64,000 bases of DNA from assembly GCA_017442305.1 (NCBI GenBank), contig JAFRZY010000004.1, forward strand, positions 24,590-88,589, read 5' to 3'. The position numbers and the translations under genes are program-made. A model generated the notes under the pieces. That model searched no databases. It saw nothing but the letters and a program-made list of their open reading frames with translations, and was not told where the DNA came from. Below are positions 38,129 through 47,547 of this stretch, one piece after another; position 1 is the stretch's first letter, and every line of letters begins with the position of its first letter. This DNA is from Bacilli bacterium (GTDB lineage Bacteria; Bacillota_I; Bacilli_A; RF39; UBA660).

Positions 38129-38346
38129 ATAAGACAGAAAAGCGAAGATTTTGTTTTAGTAGTTATAAATTTCTGCTTTAGAGAACTAGTATGTATGGTG
38201 AAATTACTAGTAGATAAAATTTATAATGAATTTCGCACAAAGGAGCTTTTAAAAGTAATTAGTGCTATAAACTATAAAGAGCTAGTAATCCTAGAAGTTG
38301 GGTGGTACCGCGGATAATTCCGTCCCAATATTCTAGGATTTTTTTA
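38129..38346 (+). promoter_or_regulatory. T-box riboswitch leader, Phe specifier (UUC)
   Basis: Conserved T-box sequence AAGTTGGGTGGTACCGCGG (38295-38313). Stem I elements are AGAGA and TGGTGAAA in a distal loop flanked by CTAGTA/TACTAG. The candidate specifier is TTC at 38232-38234, followed by a purine. The terminator AATCCTAGAA(38287-96)/TTCTAGGATT(38331-40) plus T-run competes with the T-box antiterminator. It lies directly upstream of pheS. Confidence 0.9.
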
Positions 38347-38362
38347 TTTAAGGAGGATACTT

Positions 38363-39409
38363 ATGCAAGAAAAATTATTAACACTAAAAGAAGAAATAAC
38401 TAACAAATTAACGGGAGTTACCAACATCCAAAAATTAAATGATTTAAGAACGGAGTATTTAGGAAAAAAAGGGCCTGTACAAGAACTTTCAGGTATGTTG
38501 AGAGATTTATCTGTTGAAGAAAAAAAAGAATTTGGTAGAGTTTTAAACGAATTTAAAACTGAAGTGACAGGGATGTTTGATAGTTTAAGAGAAGAGTTAG
38601 AAACTAAAGCATTAAACGAAAAGTTAGCTAATGAAAAAATAGATATTAGTCTTCCAGCGACTAAGATACCAGTGGGTGCTCCTAATATATTAGAAAAGAT
38701 TATTGAAGAAGTAGAAGAAGTGTTTATGAGTATGGGGTATGATGTAGTTGATGGACCAGAAGTAGAAGAAGATCGTTATAACTTTGAACTTTTAAATATT
38801 CCTAAAGGTCATCCAGCAAGAGATGCCCAAGATACATTCTACATAAAAGATGAAGAAATACTATTACGTAGTCAAACATCACCAGTACAAGTACGTACAA
38901 TGTTAAAAATTGGTGGAGGAGAACCAGTAAGAATGATCTGTCCAGGTAAAACATATCGAAGAGATGATGATGATGCAACCCATTCACATCAATTCATGCA
39001 AATAGAGGGATTATTAGTAGACAAAGACATTTCATTATCTGATTTGAAAGGGACTTTTGATACAATAGCTAAAAGATTATTTGGTAATGATTGTAAGACT
39101 CGTTTTAGACCAAGTTATTATCAATTTACAGAACCTTCTGTAGAAACAGATATCTCATGTTTTAAATGTAAGGGTGAGGGATGTTCTTTATGCAAAAATA
39201 CTGGTTGGATAACAGTTTCTGGTGCTGGTATGGTTCATCCTAATGTTTTAAGAAATTGCGGATATGATCCGAGTGTGTGGACAGGTTTTGCTTTTGGATT
39301 TGGGGCAGAGCGTTTAGCAATGTTGAAATATGGAATAAATGATATTAGAACATTCTATAATACAGATTTAAGAGAATTAAAAGATTTTGATAGAAAGGAT
39401 AGTGAATAA
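38363..39409 (+). CDS. pheS: phenylalanine--tRNA ligase alpha subunit
   Basis: Class II aaRS motifs: HPARD, FRPSYYQFTEPS and GFAFGFGAERLAML. Confidence 0.97.
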   Translation: MQEKLLTLKEEITNKLTGVTNIQKLNDLRTEYLGKKGPVQELSGMLRDLSVEEKKEFGRVLNEFKTEVTGMFDSLREELETKALNEKLANEKIDISLPATKIPVGAPNILEKIIEEVEEVFMSMGYDVVDGPEVEEDRYNFELLNIPKGHPARDAQDTFYIKDEEILLRSQTSPVQVRTMLKIGGGEPVRMICPGKTYRRDDDDATHSHQFMQIEGLLVDKDISLSDLKGTFDTIAKRLFGNDCKTRFRPSYYQFTEPSVETDISCFKCKGEGCSLCKNTGWITVSGAGMVHPNVLRNCGYDPSVWTGFAFGFGAERLAMLKYGINDIRTFYNTDLRELKDFDRKDSE

Positions 39410-39410
39410 T

Positions 39411-41786
39411 ATGATTAGTTTAAATTGGGTAAAAGATTATATTGATTTATCTAATGAGGATTTACGTGAATTAGCAGTAAAAGTTACAAAAGCTGGTATC
39501 AATGTTGAAAAAGTAGTTACTAATCATATTGATAATTTAGTAGTCGGTGAAGTTTTAGAATGTCATCCTCATCCAGATAGCGATCACTTAAATATTTGTC
39601 AAGTAAACGTTGGAACTGATACAAGGCAAATAGTTTGTGGAGCTTCTAATGTTAGAGCAGGGTTAAAAGTTATAGTAGCTCTTCCTGGGGCTATACTACC
39701 TGGAAATTTTGAAATTAAAGCCGGAAAAATTCGGGGAGAAGAATCCAATGGGATGATATGTGCTTTATTTGAATTAGGATTAGAAGAAAAAACAGAAGAA
39801 AATTATAATAAAGGAATTACAGAATTAGAATCTGATGCTCCAGTAGGTGCGGATGCAATAAATTATTTAGGTTTAGATGATACATTATATGAACTTGATA
39901 TTCATAAACACCGTAATAATGATTGCTATTATCATATCGGATTTGCATATGAAATAGGTTGTATTATAAATAAACCTGTTTCTCTTCCAGAAGACAATTA
40001 TCAAGAATGCAAAGATGATATTAACGACTATTTTAGTTTGGAAGTTAACACCGAAAAGTGTCCATATTATCTAGCAAAAATGGTTAAAGATGTAGTAATC
40101 AAAGAATCTCCAGATTTTATTAAAAAAAGATTAACTGCAGCAGGTATGAGACCAATTAACAATGTAGTAGATATATCTAACTACGTGATGTTAGAATATG
40201 GTCAACCAATGCATTTCTTTGACAAAGATAAATTAGGAAATAAAATTGTAGTTAGAGATGCTAAGGAAGCAGAAGAAATAACTACATTAGATGAAAAGAA
40301 TAGAATATTAACAACTAATGATATCGTAATTACTGATGGTGAAAAACCAGTATGTATTGCTGGGGTAATGGGCGGATTAAATACAGATGTTGATAATACT
40401 ACTAAAAATATATTAATTGAAAGTGCTATATTTGATTCAACTAGTATAAGATATACTGCTAACAGACTAAACTTAAGAAGCGAAGCAAGTATTCGTTATG
40501 GTAAAGGTCTTAATTATGAATACACATTAAAAGCAATCAATAGAGCGTGTCATTTATTAGAAAAGTATGCTGATGCTAAAATCTTAAGTGGAATAGTTTG
40601 TCATGACACTGTTGATAAAAAGCCTAAAGTTGTAGAGTTTGAATCAGCTGATGTTAATAAGTTGTTGGGTATCAACATTTCAACAGAAGATATGGAAACT
40701 GAACTAACAAGATTAGATTTTGAGTATAAGTTAGAAGATAATAAATTTACTGTAACAATTCCAGCGCGTCGCTTAGATATGGACCCAAATGTAGCTGATA
40801 TAGCTGAAGAAATTGGTCGTCTTTATGGTTACCACAGATTAACATCGACATTACCAACAGTCAAAACTAGACGTGGTGTATATGTAGGTGATGTTCTATA
40901 TCGTAAAGAGGTTTCAAAGAGATTAAGAACTTTAGGATTAAATGAAGTAAAAACATATACATTAACTTCGCCAGAAATGGCTAAACTATTTAAAGATGAA
41001 GAAAAAGAAAATATCTTTTTACCAAATCCTATGAGTGTTGATAAATCCGTTGTTAGATTATCAATTATACCATCATTATTAAATGTATATGAATATAACA
41101 AAGCTCGTAATGTAAAAGATATAACTATTTATGAAATAAGTAAAGTTTATGATAGTGAATATCACGAAGATATTAAAGTAGCAGTGCTTATGAAAGGCAA
41201 TTACATTATAAATGAATGGGCTAAAACAAATGTAAAAGTGGATTTTTATGTACTTAAAGGAATAATAGAAAATATTTTAAATTATTTAGGATTAAAGAAT
41301 CGTTATGATTTTAAAGTATCAGAAATAAATGATTTGCATCCTGGTATGAGTGCAATAATAACTGTAGATAGAGAACCAATAGGATTTATGGGTAGAATTC
41401 ATCCATCAATAAAGAAAGATGATATTTATGTATTGGAATTTAGTCTAACCAAGTTAATTGATAAAAAAGTTAAACCAATAAAATTTAAAGAAATATCTAA
41501 ATATCCAGAAATAAAAAAGGATATAGCGTTTATTGTTAAAAAAGATACTACAGCAGCTACATTAATTGAACAAATAAAAAAAGCTGGTGGCAGACTTTTA
41601 ACTGATGTAGATGTATTTGATATTTATACTGGTGAAAACGTGGGTGTTGATGAAAAATCTATTGCGTTTGCATTAACATTTAGTGATTCAACTAGAACAT
41701 TAAGCGATGAAGAGGTAACGGTTGTATTTAAAAATATTATTGATAAAGTATGTGCAAATTGTAATGCAATATTAAGAGACAAATAA
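39411..41786 (+). CDS. pheT: phenylalanine--tRNA ligase beta subunit
   Basis: MISLNWVKDYI start, a tRNA-binding (OB) domain with HPDSDHLNICQV, B3/4 and B5 domains and a C-terminal FDX-ACB-like domain. The ATG at 39411 is 1 nt after the pheS stop. Confidence 0.96.
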   Translation: MISLNWVKDYIDLSNEDLRELAVKVTKAGINVEKVVTNHIDNLVVGEVLECHPHPDSDHLNICQVNVGTDTRQIVCGASNVRAGLKVIVALPGAILPGNFEIKAGKIRGEESNGMICALFELGLEEKTEENYNKGITELESDAPVGADAINYLGLDDTLYELDIHKHRNNDCYYHIGFAYEIGCIINKPVSLPEDNYQECKDDINDYFSLEVNTEKCPYYLAKMVKDVVIKESPDFIKKRLTAAGMRPINNVVDISNYVMLEYGQPMHFFDKDKLGNKIVVRDAKEAEEITTLDEKNRILTTNDIVITDGEKPVCIAGVMGGLNTDVDNTTKNILIESAIFDSTSIRYTANRLNLRSEASIRYGKGLNYEYTLKAINRACHLLEKYADAKILSGIVCHDTVDKKPKVVEFESADVNKLLGINISTEDMETELTRLDFEYKLEDNKFTVTIPARRLDMDPNVADIAEEIGRLYGYHRLTSTLPTVKTRRGVYVGDVLYRKEVSKRLRTLGLNEVKTYTLTSPEMAKLFKDEEKENIFLPNPMSVDKSVVRLSIIPSLLNVYEYNKARNVKDITIYEISKVYDSEYHEDIKVAVLMKGNYIINEWAKTNVKVDFYVLKGIIENILNYLGLKNRYDFKVSEINDLHPGMSAIITVDREPIGFMGRIHPSIKKDDIYVLEFSLTKLIDKKVKPIKFKEISKYPEIKKDIAFIVKKDTTAATLIEQIKKAGGRLLTDVDVFDIYTGENVGVDEKSIAFALTFSDSTRTLSDEEVTVVFKNIIDKVCANCNAILRDK

Positions 41787-41789
41787 AAA

Positions 41790-41816
41790 ATGAGGAGTGA
41801 ATCCTCATTTTTTTAT
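41790..41816. terminator. bidirectional terminator between pheT and the convergent orphan gene
   Basis: ATGAGGA-gtgaa-TCCTCAT flanked by an A-run upstream and a T-run downstream. Confidence 0.8.
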
Positions 41817-42709
41817 CTGTATTCAGTAATTCCGGTATTTGTAAATCCTTTAATACAAGTACTGTTAGACCAAACTACATATACATAACGATATACGTCT
41901 ATATCTTTTGTATACTTATAGGTAGCTGTATAACCTAAATATTTATCAAGATTATCTAATCTATCAATAACACAATAATCATCTAGACAGTATTCATAAT
42001 ATTTTACTTTAATAGTGCTGTTTTCGATACTATTACTATATCTTACGCCTTCGGTCCATTCACCATATTTAATGTGTTTATAAACTAAAACGTTATTCTT
42101 AGAAACATCAGCTATTGGTTTATTTTCCTTTTTGGGATTTTCTTTTTTATCGGTTTCTATTACTTTATCGTTAGTATTATTCTCATCTTTAAATTCTGTT
42201 TCGGTATTTTCTAAAGTTTCTTCTTTAGTATTATCAACAGCTGCATCATCATTTGGTTCTTCAATTTCATTTTTATTATTATCTTTAACTGTTAAATCTT
42301 CGGTTGTTATATCAAAAACTTTTGATTTTTCATCTTGACCACAGCGCATGTTAATTTTTAAAACAAATTGATCATCTCTCACTTTTGTTAAATAGGCATA
42401 AGACTTGTCTCCGTTACAAGTGTTACCATTATTATCTTTCTGCTCACTAATAAATTCTTGGCTTTCAAGTTCTTCTAATGTAATTTTTTTATAGTCACCA
42501 ATTTTTTCTAAGGACATATTATTTTTAAAATAGTTTATAGCGGCATTCTTGACTGCGGCTATATTATTATCTAAAGTACTATTATCTTTGTTTTTATTTG
42601 GTCGAAAAATTACAAAACAAATTATGAAGACTATTAATAAAAGAATTCCTAATTTTATTAGTAAGGATTTCCAATTGATATTTAACTTTTGTTTTCCTTC
42701 TCCGTACAT
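41813..42709 (-). CDS. membrane-anchored extracytoplasmic protein, unknown function
   Basis: N-terminal TM LLIKLGILLLIVFIICFVIF, then an N/D/E/K-rich low-complexity linker between two Cys-containing globular segments. Strong RBS GAGGGGGA. No motif recognised. Confidence 0.5.
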   Translation of the reverse strand: MYGEGKQKLNINWKSLLIKLGILLLIVFIICFVIFRPNKNKDNSTLDNNIAAVKNAAINYFKNNMSLEKIGDYKKITLEELESQEFISEQKDNNGNTCNGDKSYAYLTKVRDDQFVLKINMRCGQDEKSKVFDITTEDLTVKDNNKNEIEEPNDDAAVDNTKEETLENTETEFKDENNTNDKVIETDKKENPKKENKPIADVSKNNVLVYKHIKYGEWTEGVRYSNSIENSTIKVKYYEYCLDDYCVIDRLDNLDKYLGYTATYKYTKDIDVYRYVYVVWSNSTCIKGFTNTGITEYR

Positions 42710-42776
42710 TTTATCCCCCTCTAAATGCTTAATATACTAACATAAATGTAATAAATTGTCAATTAAGATGCAACTA

Positions 42777-42806
42777 TTGCAAGCGAACGAATGTTTATGT
42801 TATAAT
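42777..42806 (+). promoter_or_regulatory. putative uvrA promoter
   Basis: TTGCAA (42777-82), an 18-nt spacer and the extended -10 TGTTATAAT (TATAAT at 42801-06). Confidence 0.55.
42784..42797 (+). promoter_or_regulatory. LexA (Cheo/SOS) box-like operator in the uvrA promoter spacer
   Basis: CGAACGAATGTTTA fits the Bacillus consensus CGAACRNRYGTTYC at 13 of 14 positions (GAAC-N4-GTTT). It lies between the -35 and -10. Confidence 0.5.
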
Positions 42807-42862
42807 TTATGATATAAATTCCTAAAAATGTGGTAAAATAATTAACGCAAAGGAGAGTTAAT

Positions 42863-45667
42863 ATGGATAAAATTATAGTTAAAGGTGCTAGAGAAAATAA
42901 TTTAAAAAATGTAAATATCGAACTTCCTAAAAATAAATTAATAGTTATGACCGGGGTATCTGGTTCAGGTAAAAGTAGTTTAGCGTTTGATACAATATAT
43001 GCTGAAGGACAAAGAAGATATGTAGAAAGTTTAAGTGCTTATGCTCGACAATTTATTGGATTAAATGAAAAGCCTGATGTTGATTCAATCGAAGGATTAT
43101 CTCCAAGTATCTCAATTGATCAAAAAACAACCAATAAAAATCCGCGGTCTACTGTTGGAACAATCACTGAAATCTATGATTATTTACGACTTTTATATGC
43201 TCGTATTGGAGTACCTTTTTGTCCTACTCATAAAGTACCTATAAAAAGTCAAAGTATTGAGGAAATGACTAACAAAGTATTAGCTTTAAAAGAAGGAACT
43301 AAAATAGAAATATTATCTCCTGTAGTTCATGGCGAAAAAGGTACTCACAAAGATTTGTTTGATAATTTACGTACTGAAGGTTATTCAAGAGTAAGAGTAA
43401 ACGGAAAAGTATATGGATTAGAAGAAGAAATTGTATTAGAAAAGAATAAAAAAGATAACATTGATGTAATTATAGATAGAGTAGTGGTAAGTTCTGATGA
43501 GCGAAGCCGTATATTTGAAGCTATAGAAACGAGTGCTCATCTAGCTGATGGTAAAGTGCTTATAAATGTAATAAACGGTGAAGAAATTTTGATGAGTGAA
43601 AATTATGCTTGTTTGAAATGTAACTATTCTATTCCAGAATTAGAACCTAGATTATTCTCTTTTAATGCTCCCTATGGTGCATGTGATGAATGTAAAGGTT
43701 TAGGAACAAAATTAAAAATTAGTGAAGAATTATTAATTCCTGATAAAAATAAAAGTATTTTGGATGGTGCGATTTTAGCCCTAAACTTAGATAGTAATAT
43801 GTATATGACAGCTCTAACAACCGTTTGTGATTACTATAATATTGATATGACTATTCCTGTAAAAGATATTCCTCGAAAAGATTTTGAAATTATTCTTTAT
43901 GGAACAGACGAGGAAATAGATTTTAAGTATGTATCTAAAAATGGTAATGTCCGTTATGCTAAAGATTATTATGAAGGAGTTATAAATAACTTAGAAAGAC
44001 GTTATATAGAAACTTCTAGTTCTTGGATAAGAGAATGGCTAGAAAAATTTATGGTTGAAACTGATTGTGGAGTTTGTCATGGCGCAAGATTAAACAAAAG
44101 TGTTTTATCAGTCTATATTAATAAGAAAAATATTTATGAAGCTACTGAATTAAGCATCAAAGAGTTATTTGATTTTATAAGTAACCTAAAATTAAATAAA
44201 GAGGAAGCAGAAATTAGCAATTTGGTCATTAAGGAAATATTAAACAGATTAAGTTTTTTAATTAATGTTGGCCTTGGTTACTTAACCTTAAATCGAGCTG
44301 CTGGAACATTATCAGGCGGTGAATCACAACGTATTAGGTTGGCAACTCAAATAGGTAGTAAATTATCTGGTGTTTTATATGTTTTAGATGAACCTTCGAT
44401 TGGATTGCATCAAAAAGATAACGAAAAATTAATTAATTCATTAAAAGAGATGCGAGATTTAGGTAATACACTAATAGTTGTGGAACATGATACTGATACT
44501 ATGTTAGCAGCTGATTATTTAGTAGATATAGGACCTGGAGCTGGAACAGAAGGTGGGAATATAGTTGCCCATGGTACTCCAGAAGAAGTGATGGCAAACG
44601 AAAACAGCTTAACAGGAAGATATTTAAAGGGAATAGAAAGAATTGAAGTGCCAAAGCAAAGAAGAAAAGGGAACGATTTAGAAATTAAGGTAATTAAAGC
44701 AAAAGAAAATAATTTAAAAAATATAAGTGTAGCATTTCCACTAAACAAATTTATCTGTGTAACAGGTGTTTCCGGTTCTGGGAAAAGCACGCTTGTTAAT
44801 GAAATTCTATATAAGTCTTTAGCTCTTAATATATATAATTCAAAAGTTATACCTGGAAAGCATGAGGAAATCAAAGGACTTGAACATGTTGATAAAGTTA
44901 TACATATAACACAAGATGCCATTGGAAGAACTCCAAGAAGTAATCCTGCAACCTACGTAGGAGTATTTGACGATATTCGTGATGTTTTTGCTAGTATGAA
45001 AGAAAGTAAAATGCGTGGTTATGATAAGGGAAGATTTTCATTTAATGTTAAAGGTGGACGTTGTGAAGCTTGTCAAGGCGACGGAGTTAAAAAAATTGAA
45101 ATGCATTTCTTACCAGATGTCTATGTACCTTGTGATATTTGTGGTGGTAAAAGATATAATCGTGAAACTCTAGATATAAAATTTAAAGGTAAAAATATTG
45201 CTGAAGTATTAAAAATGCGTGTAAGTGAAGCATTACCTTTTTTTGAAAATATTCCAAAAGTATATAATAAATTAAAGGTAATGGATGAAGTTGGATTGTC
45301 TTATATAGAACTAGGTCAAAGCGCACCAACTCTATCTGGAGGGGAAGCGGCTCGTGTTAAACTTGCAAAAGAATTGCAAAAAAAGCCAACAGGGAAAAGT
45401 GTTTTTATTCTTGATGAACCTACAACTGGTCTTCACACTCATGACATAAAAAAATTGTTAGAAATATTAAATCGTATTGTTGATAATGGTGATACAGTAA
45501 TTGTTATCGAACATAATTTGGATGTAATAAAAGTTGCAGATTACATAATTGATTTGGGTCCTGATGGTGGAATAGATGGTGGTAAAGTTGTAGCGACTGG
45601 AACTCCAGAAGAAATTAGTAAAGTTAAAACTTCTTATACTGGAGAATTTCTAAAAAAGATATTATAG
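42863..45667 (+). CDS. uvrA: excinuclease ABC subunit UvrA
   Basis: Two ABC modules (GVSGSGKSS, GVSGSGKST; LSGGESQR, LSGGEAAR) and zinc modules CxxC; 934 aa. Confidence 0.98.
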   Translation: MDKIIVKGARENNLKNVNIELPKNKLIVMTGVSGSGKSSLAFDTIYAEGQRRYVESLSAYARQFIGLNEKPDVDSIEGLSPSISIDQKTTNKNPRSTVGTITEIYDYLRLLYARIGVPFCPTHKVPIKSQSIEEMTNKVLALKEGTKIEILSPVVHGEKGTHKDLFDNLRTEGYSRVRVNGKVYGLEEEIVLEKNKKDNIDVIIDRVVVSSDERSRIFEAIETSAHLADGKVLINVINGEEILMSENYACLKCNYSIPELEPRLFSFNAPYGACDECKGLGTKLKISEELLIPDKNKSILDGAILALNLDSNMYMTALTTVCDYYNIDMTIPVKDIPRKDFEIILYGTDEEIDFKYVSKNGNVRYAKDYYEGVINNLERRYIETSSSWIREWLEKFMVETDCGVCHGARLNKSVLSVYINKKNIYEATELSIKELFDFISNLKLNKEEAEISNLVIKEILNRLSFLINVGLGYLTLNRAAGTLSGGESQRIRLATQIGSKLSGVLYVLDEPSIGLHQKDNEKLINSLKEMRDLGNTLIVVEHDTDTMLAADYLVDIGPGAGTEGGNIVAHGTPEEVMANENSLTGRYLKGIERIEVPKQRRKGNDLEIKVIKAKENNLKNISVAFPLNKFICVTGVSGSGKSTLVNEILYKSLALNIYNSKVIPGKHEEIKGLEHVDKVIHITQDAIGRTPRSNPATYVGVFDDIRDVFASMKESKMRGYDKGRFSFNVKGGRCEACQGDGVKKIEMHFLPDVYVPCDICGGKRYNRETLDIKFKGKNIAEVLKMRVSEALPFFENIPKVYNKLKVMDEVGLSYIELGQSAPTLSGGEAARVKLAKELQKKPTGKSVFILDEPTTGLHTHDIKKLLEILNRIVDNGDTVIVIEHNLDVIKVADYIIDLGPDGGIDGGKVVATGTPEEISKVKTSYTGEFLKKIL

Positions 45668-45688
45668 TTAAAATATAATATCTTTTTT
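45655..45688 (+). terminator. terminator-like hairpin after uvrA
   Basis: AAAGATATTAT-9 nt-ATAATATCTTT followed by TTT; it overlaps the stop. Confidence 0.5.
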
Positions 45689-45738
45689 GGACATAATTAT
45701 TAATAAATGATATAATCTCATTAAGGTTAGGTGATAAT

Positions 45739-46548
45739 ATGAATCCTGTATTAATAAGCATTGGACCATTAGAAATAAAATGGTATTCTTTTTTAATATT
45801 ACTAGCGGTAGCAATTGGAATAACTTTATTTATGAAGGAAGGGAAAAGATTCAAAATATCTAGTGATTTCTTGTTTAATTTAGCTTTCTGGGTTATAGTA
45901 TTTGGTATTATTGGAGCGCGAATTTATTATGTTATTTTTAATTGGGCTGATTATAGTAATAATTTAGTAAGTGTATTGAAAATTTGGAATGGTGGTTTAG
46001 CTATTCATGGTGGCTTAATTGCCGGCTTTATTACAATGTTTGTCTATTGTTATAAATACAAAGTAAATGTACTAAAAATTTCAGATTTAGCAGTTGTTCC
46101 AGTTATTTTAGGACAAGCAATAGGGCGCTGGGGGAACTTTTTTAATAGTGAAGCTCATGGAGCTGTAACTTCATTAAGTCATTTAAAGGAATTACATATA
46201 CCTGAGTTTATAATTAACGGAATGGAGATAGGTGGTCTTTATTATCATCCGACATTTTTTTACGAGTCCTTATGGTGTATAATAGGATTTATAATTTTAT
46301 TAATAGTAAGACGTATTAAGTATATAAAAGTTGGACAACTAACTTGTATTTATTTAATGTGGTATAGTTTCGGACGATTCTTTATAGAATCTATGCGAAC
46401 AGATTCACTAATGTTAGGTGGATTCAAAGTGGCGCAAATTATTTCCATAGTTTTATTTGTAATTGCATTATTAGTATTAATGGTTTTAAGTAGAAAAGGG
46501 AAATTTGAGGATTTATATAATTCAGAAAATCAAAATATTAGATTTTAG
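45739..46548 (+). CDS. lgt: prolipoprotein diacylglyceryl transferase
   Basis: IKWYSFLILLA, GARIYY, GGLAIHGG and GRWGNFFNSEAHG motifs. Confidence 0.95.
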   Translation: MNPVLISIGPLEIKWYSFLILLAVAIGITLFMKEGKRFKISSDFLFNLAFWVIVFGIIGARIYYVIFNWADYSNNLVSVLKIWNGGLAIHGGLIAGFITMFVYCYKYKVNVLKISDLAVVPVILGQAIGRWGNFFNSEAHGAVTSLSHLKELHIPEFIINGMEIGGLYYHPTFFYESLWCIIGFIILLIVRRIKYIKVGQLTCIYLMWYSFGRFFIESMRTDSLMLGGFKVAQIISIVLFVIALLVLMVLSRKGKFEDLYNSENQNIRF

Positions 46549-46556
46549 GTGATTTT

Positions 46557-47462
46557 ATGACATATGACTTAATAATTATAGGTAGTGGTATTGCAGGAAT
46601 AACTGCAGCAATATATGCTAAAAGAAGTAATTTAAATGTGTTGATTCTTGAAAAAGGCGCACCGGGAGGATTATTAAATAAAATAGATACTATTAAAAAT
46701 TATCCAGGATTTAAAGAAATAACTGGTTCAGAATTAGCTGCAAAATTGTTTGAACAAATAAATGAACTTAATGTCGATTTGAAATACGAAGAAGTAATTA
46801 ATATAGAAAGTGTTGGCAGTTTAAAAAAAGTAGAAACTAAAAATAATGAATATATAACAAAATCAATTTTAATTGCTACTGGTCGAATCCCCAAAAAACT
46901 AGGATTAAATAATGAGGATAGTCTTTATGGAAGAGGGCTTAGTACTTGCGCTTTATGTGATGGAAACTTTTTTAAAGGAAAAGATGTCGCAGTAATAGGT
47001 GGAGGAAATAGCGCTTTAGGAGAAGCATTATATTTAGCTAATCTTGTAAATAAAGTTTATATTATTCATCGTCGTGATGAGTTTAGAGCAGATAGTAACT
47101 TGATTTCAGAAGTAATTAATAAAGATAATATTGAAATTGTGTATAACAGTAATGTTACTAACATTAATTTGGATAAAGATATTGTAACAAGTATTACTTT
47201 AGATAGTGGTAATATTATAGCGGTATCTGGGGTGTTTGTTTATGTAGGATTTGTTCCGGGGGTAAATTTTGTAGAAACAATGGGTATAACTAATGATAAA
47301 GGATACATTATTACTAATGGATATGGTGAAACTAAAATACCAGGTATATACGCTGCTGGAGATATTATTGATAAACAAATATATCAATTAGTTACCGCAG
47401 CAAGCGAAGGGGCTATTGCAGCAATTAATATAAATAACTATTGTAAAAAAACTATGAAATAA
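46557..47462 (+). CDS. trxB: thioredoxin-disulfide reductase
   Basis: GSGIAG FAD motif, redox-active CALC, GGGNSA NADPH motif and C-terminal AAGD. Confidence 0.9.
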   Translation: MTYDLIIIGSGIAGITAAIYAKRSNLNVLILEKGAPGGLLNKIDTIKNYPGFKEITGSELAAKLFEQINELNVDLKYEEVINIESVGSLKKVETKNNEYITKSILIATGRIPKKLGLNNEDSLYGRGLSTCALCDGNFFKGKDVAVIGGGNSALGEALYLANLVNKVYIIHRRDEFRADSNLISEVINKDNIEIVYNSNVTNINLDKDIVTSITLDSGNIIAVSGVFVYVGFVPGVNFVETMGITNDKGYIITNGYGETKIPGIYAAGDIIDKQIYQLVTAASEGAIAAININNYCKKTMK

Positions 47463-47477
47463 AATTCATAGTTTTTT
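47449..47477 (+). terminator. rho-independent terminator after trxB
   Basis: AAACTATGAA-6 nt-TTCATAGTTT followed by TT; it overlaps the stop. Confidence 0.6.
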
Positions 47478-47547
47478 CATAGTATATTACCTATTTTTAT
47501 GATAAAATATTAAGCAAAGGAAATATTATTATATAGGAGGAATTATT

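Noticed and set aside
44515-44922. 135-aa minus-strand ORF inside uvrA (similarly 35775-36152, 60884-61312, 52762-53025 and 29349-29621 inside other genes)
   Set aside because: All lie antisense to strongly supported genes, lack an RBS and have skewed S/F/I/L composition. They are shadow ORFs.
47463-47547. Possible T-box or other leader upstream of cysS
   Set aside because: Only about 85 nt are available, most of it the trxB terminator. There is no GGTGGTACCGCG-like T-box sequence.
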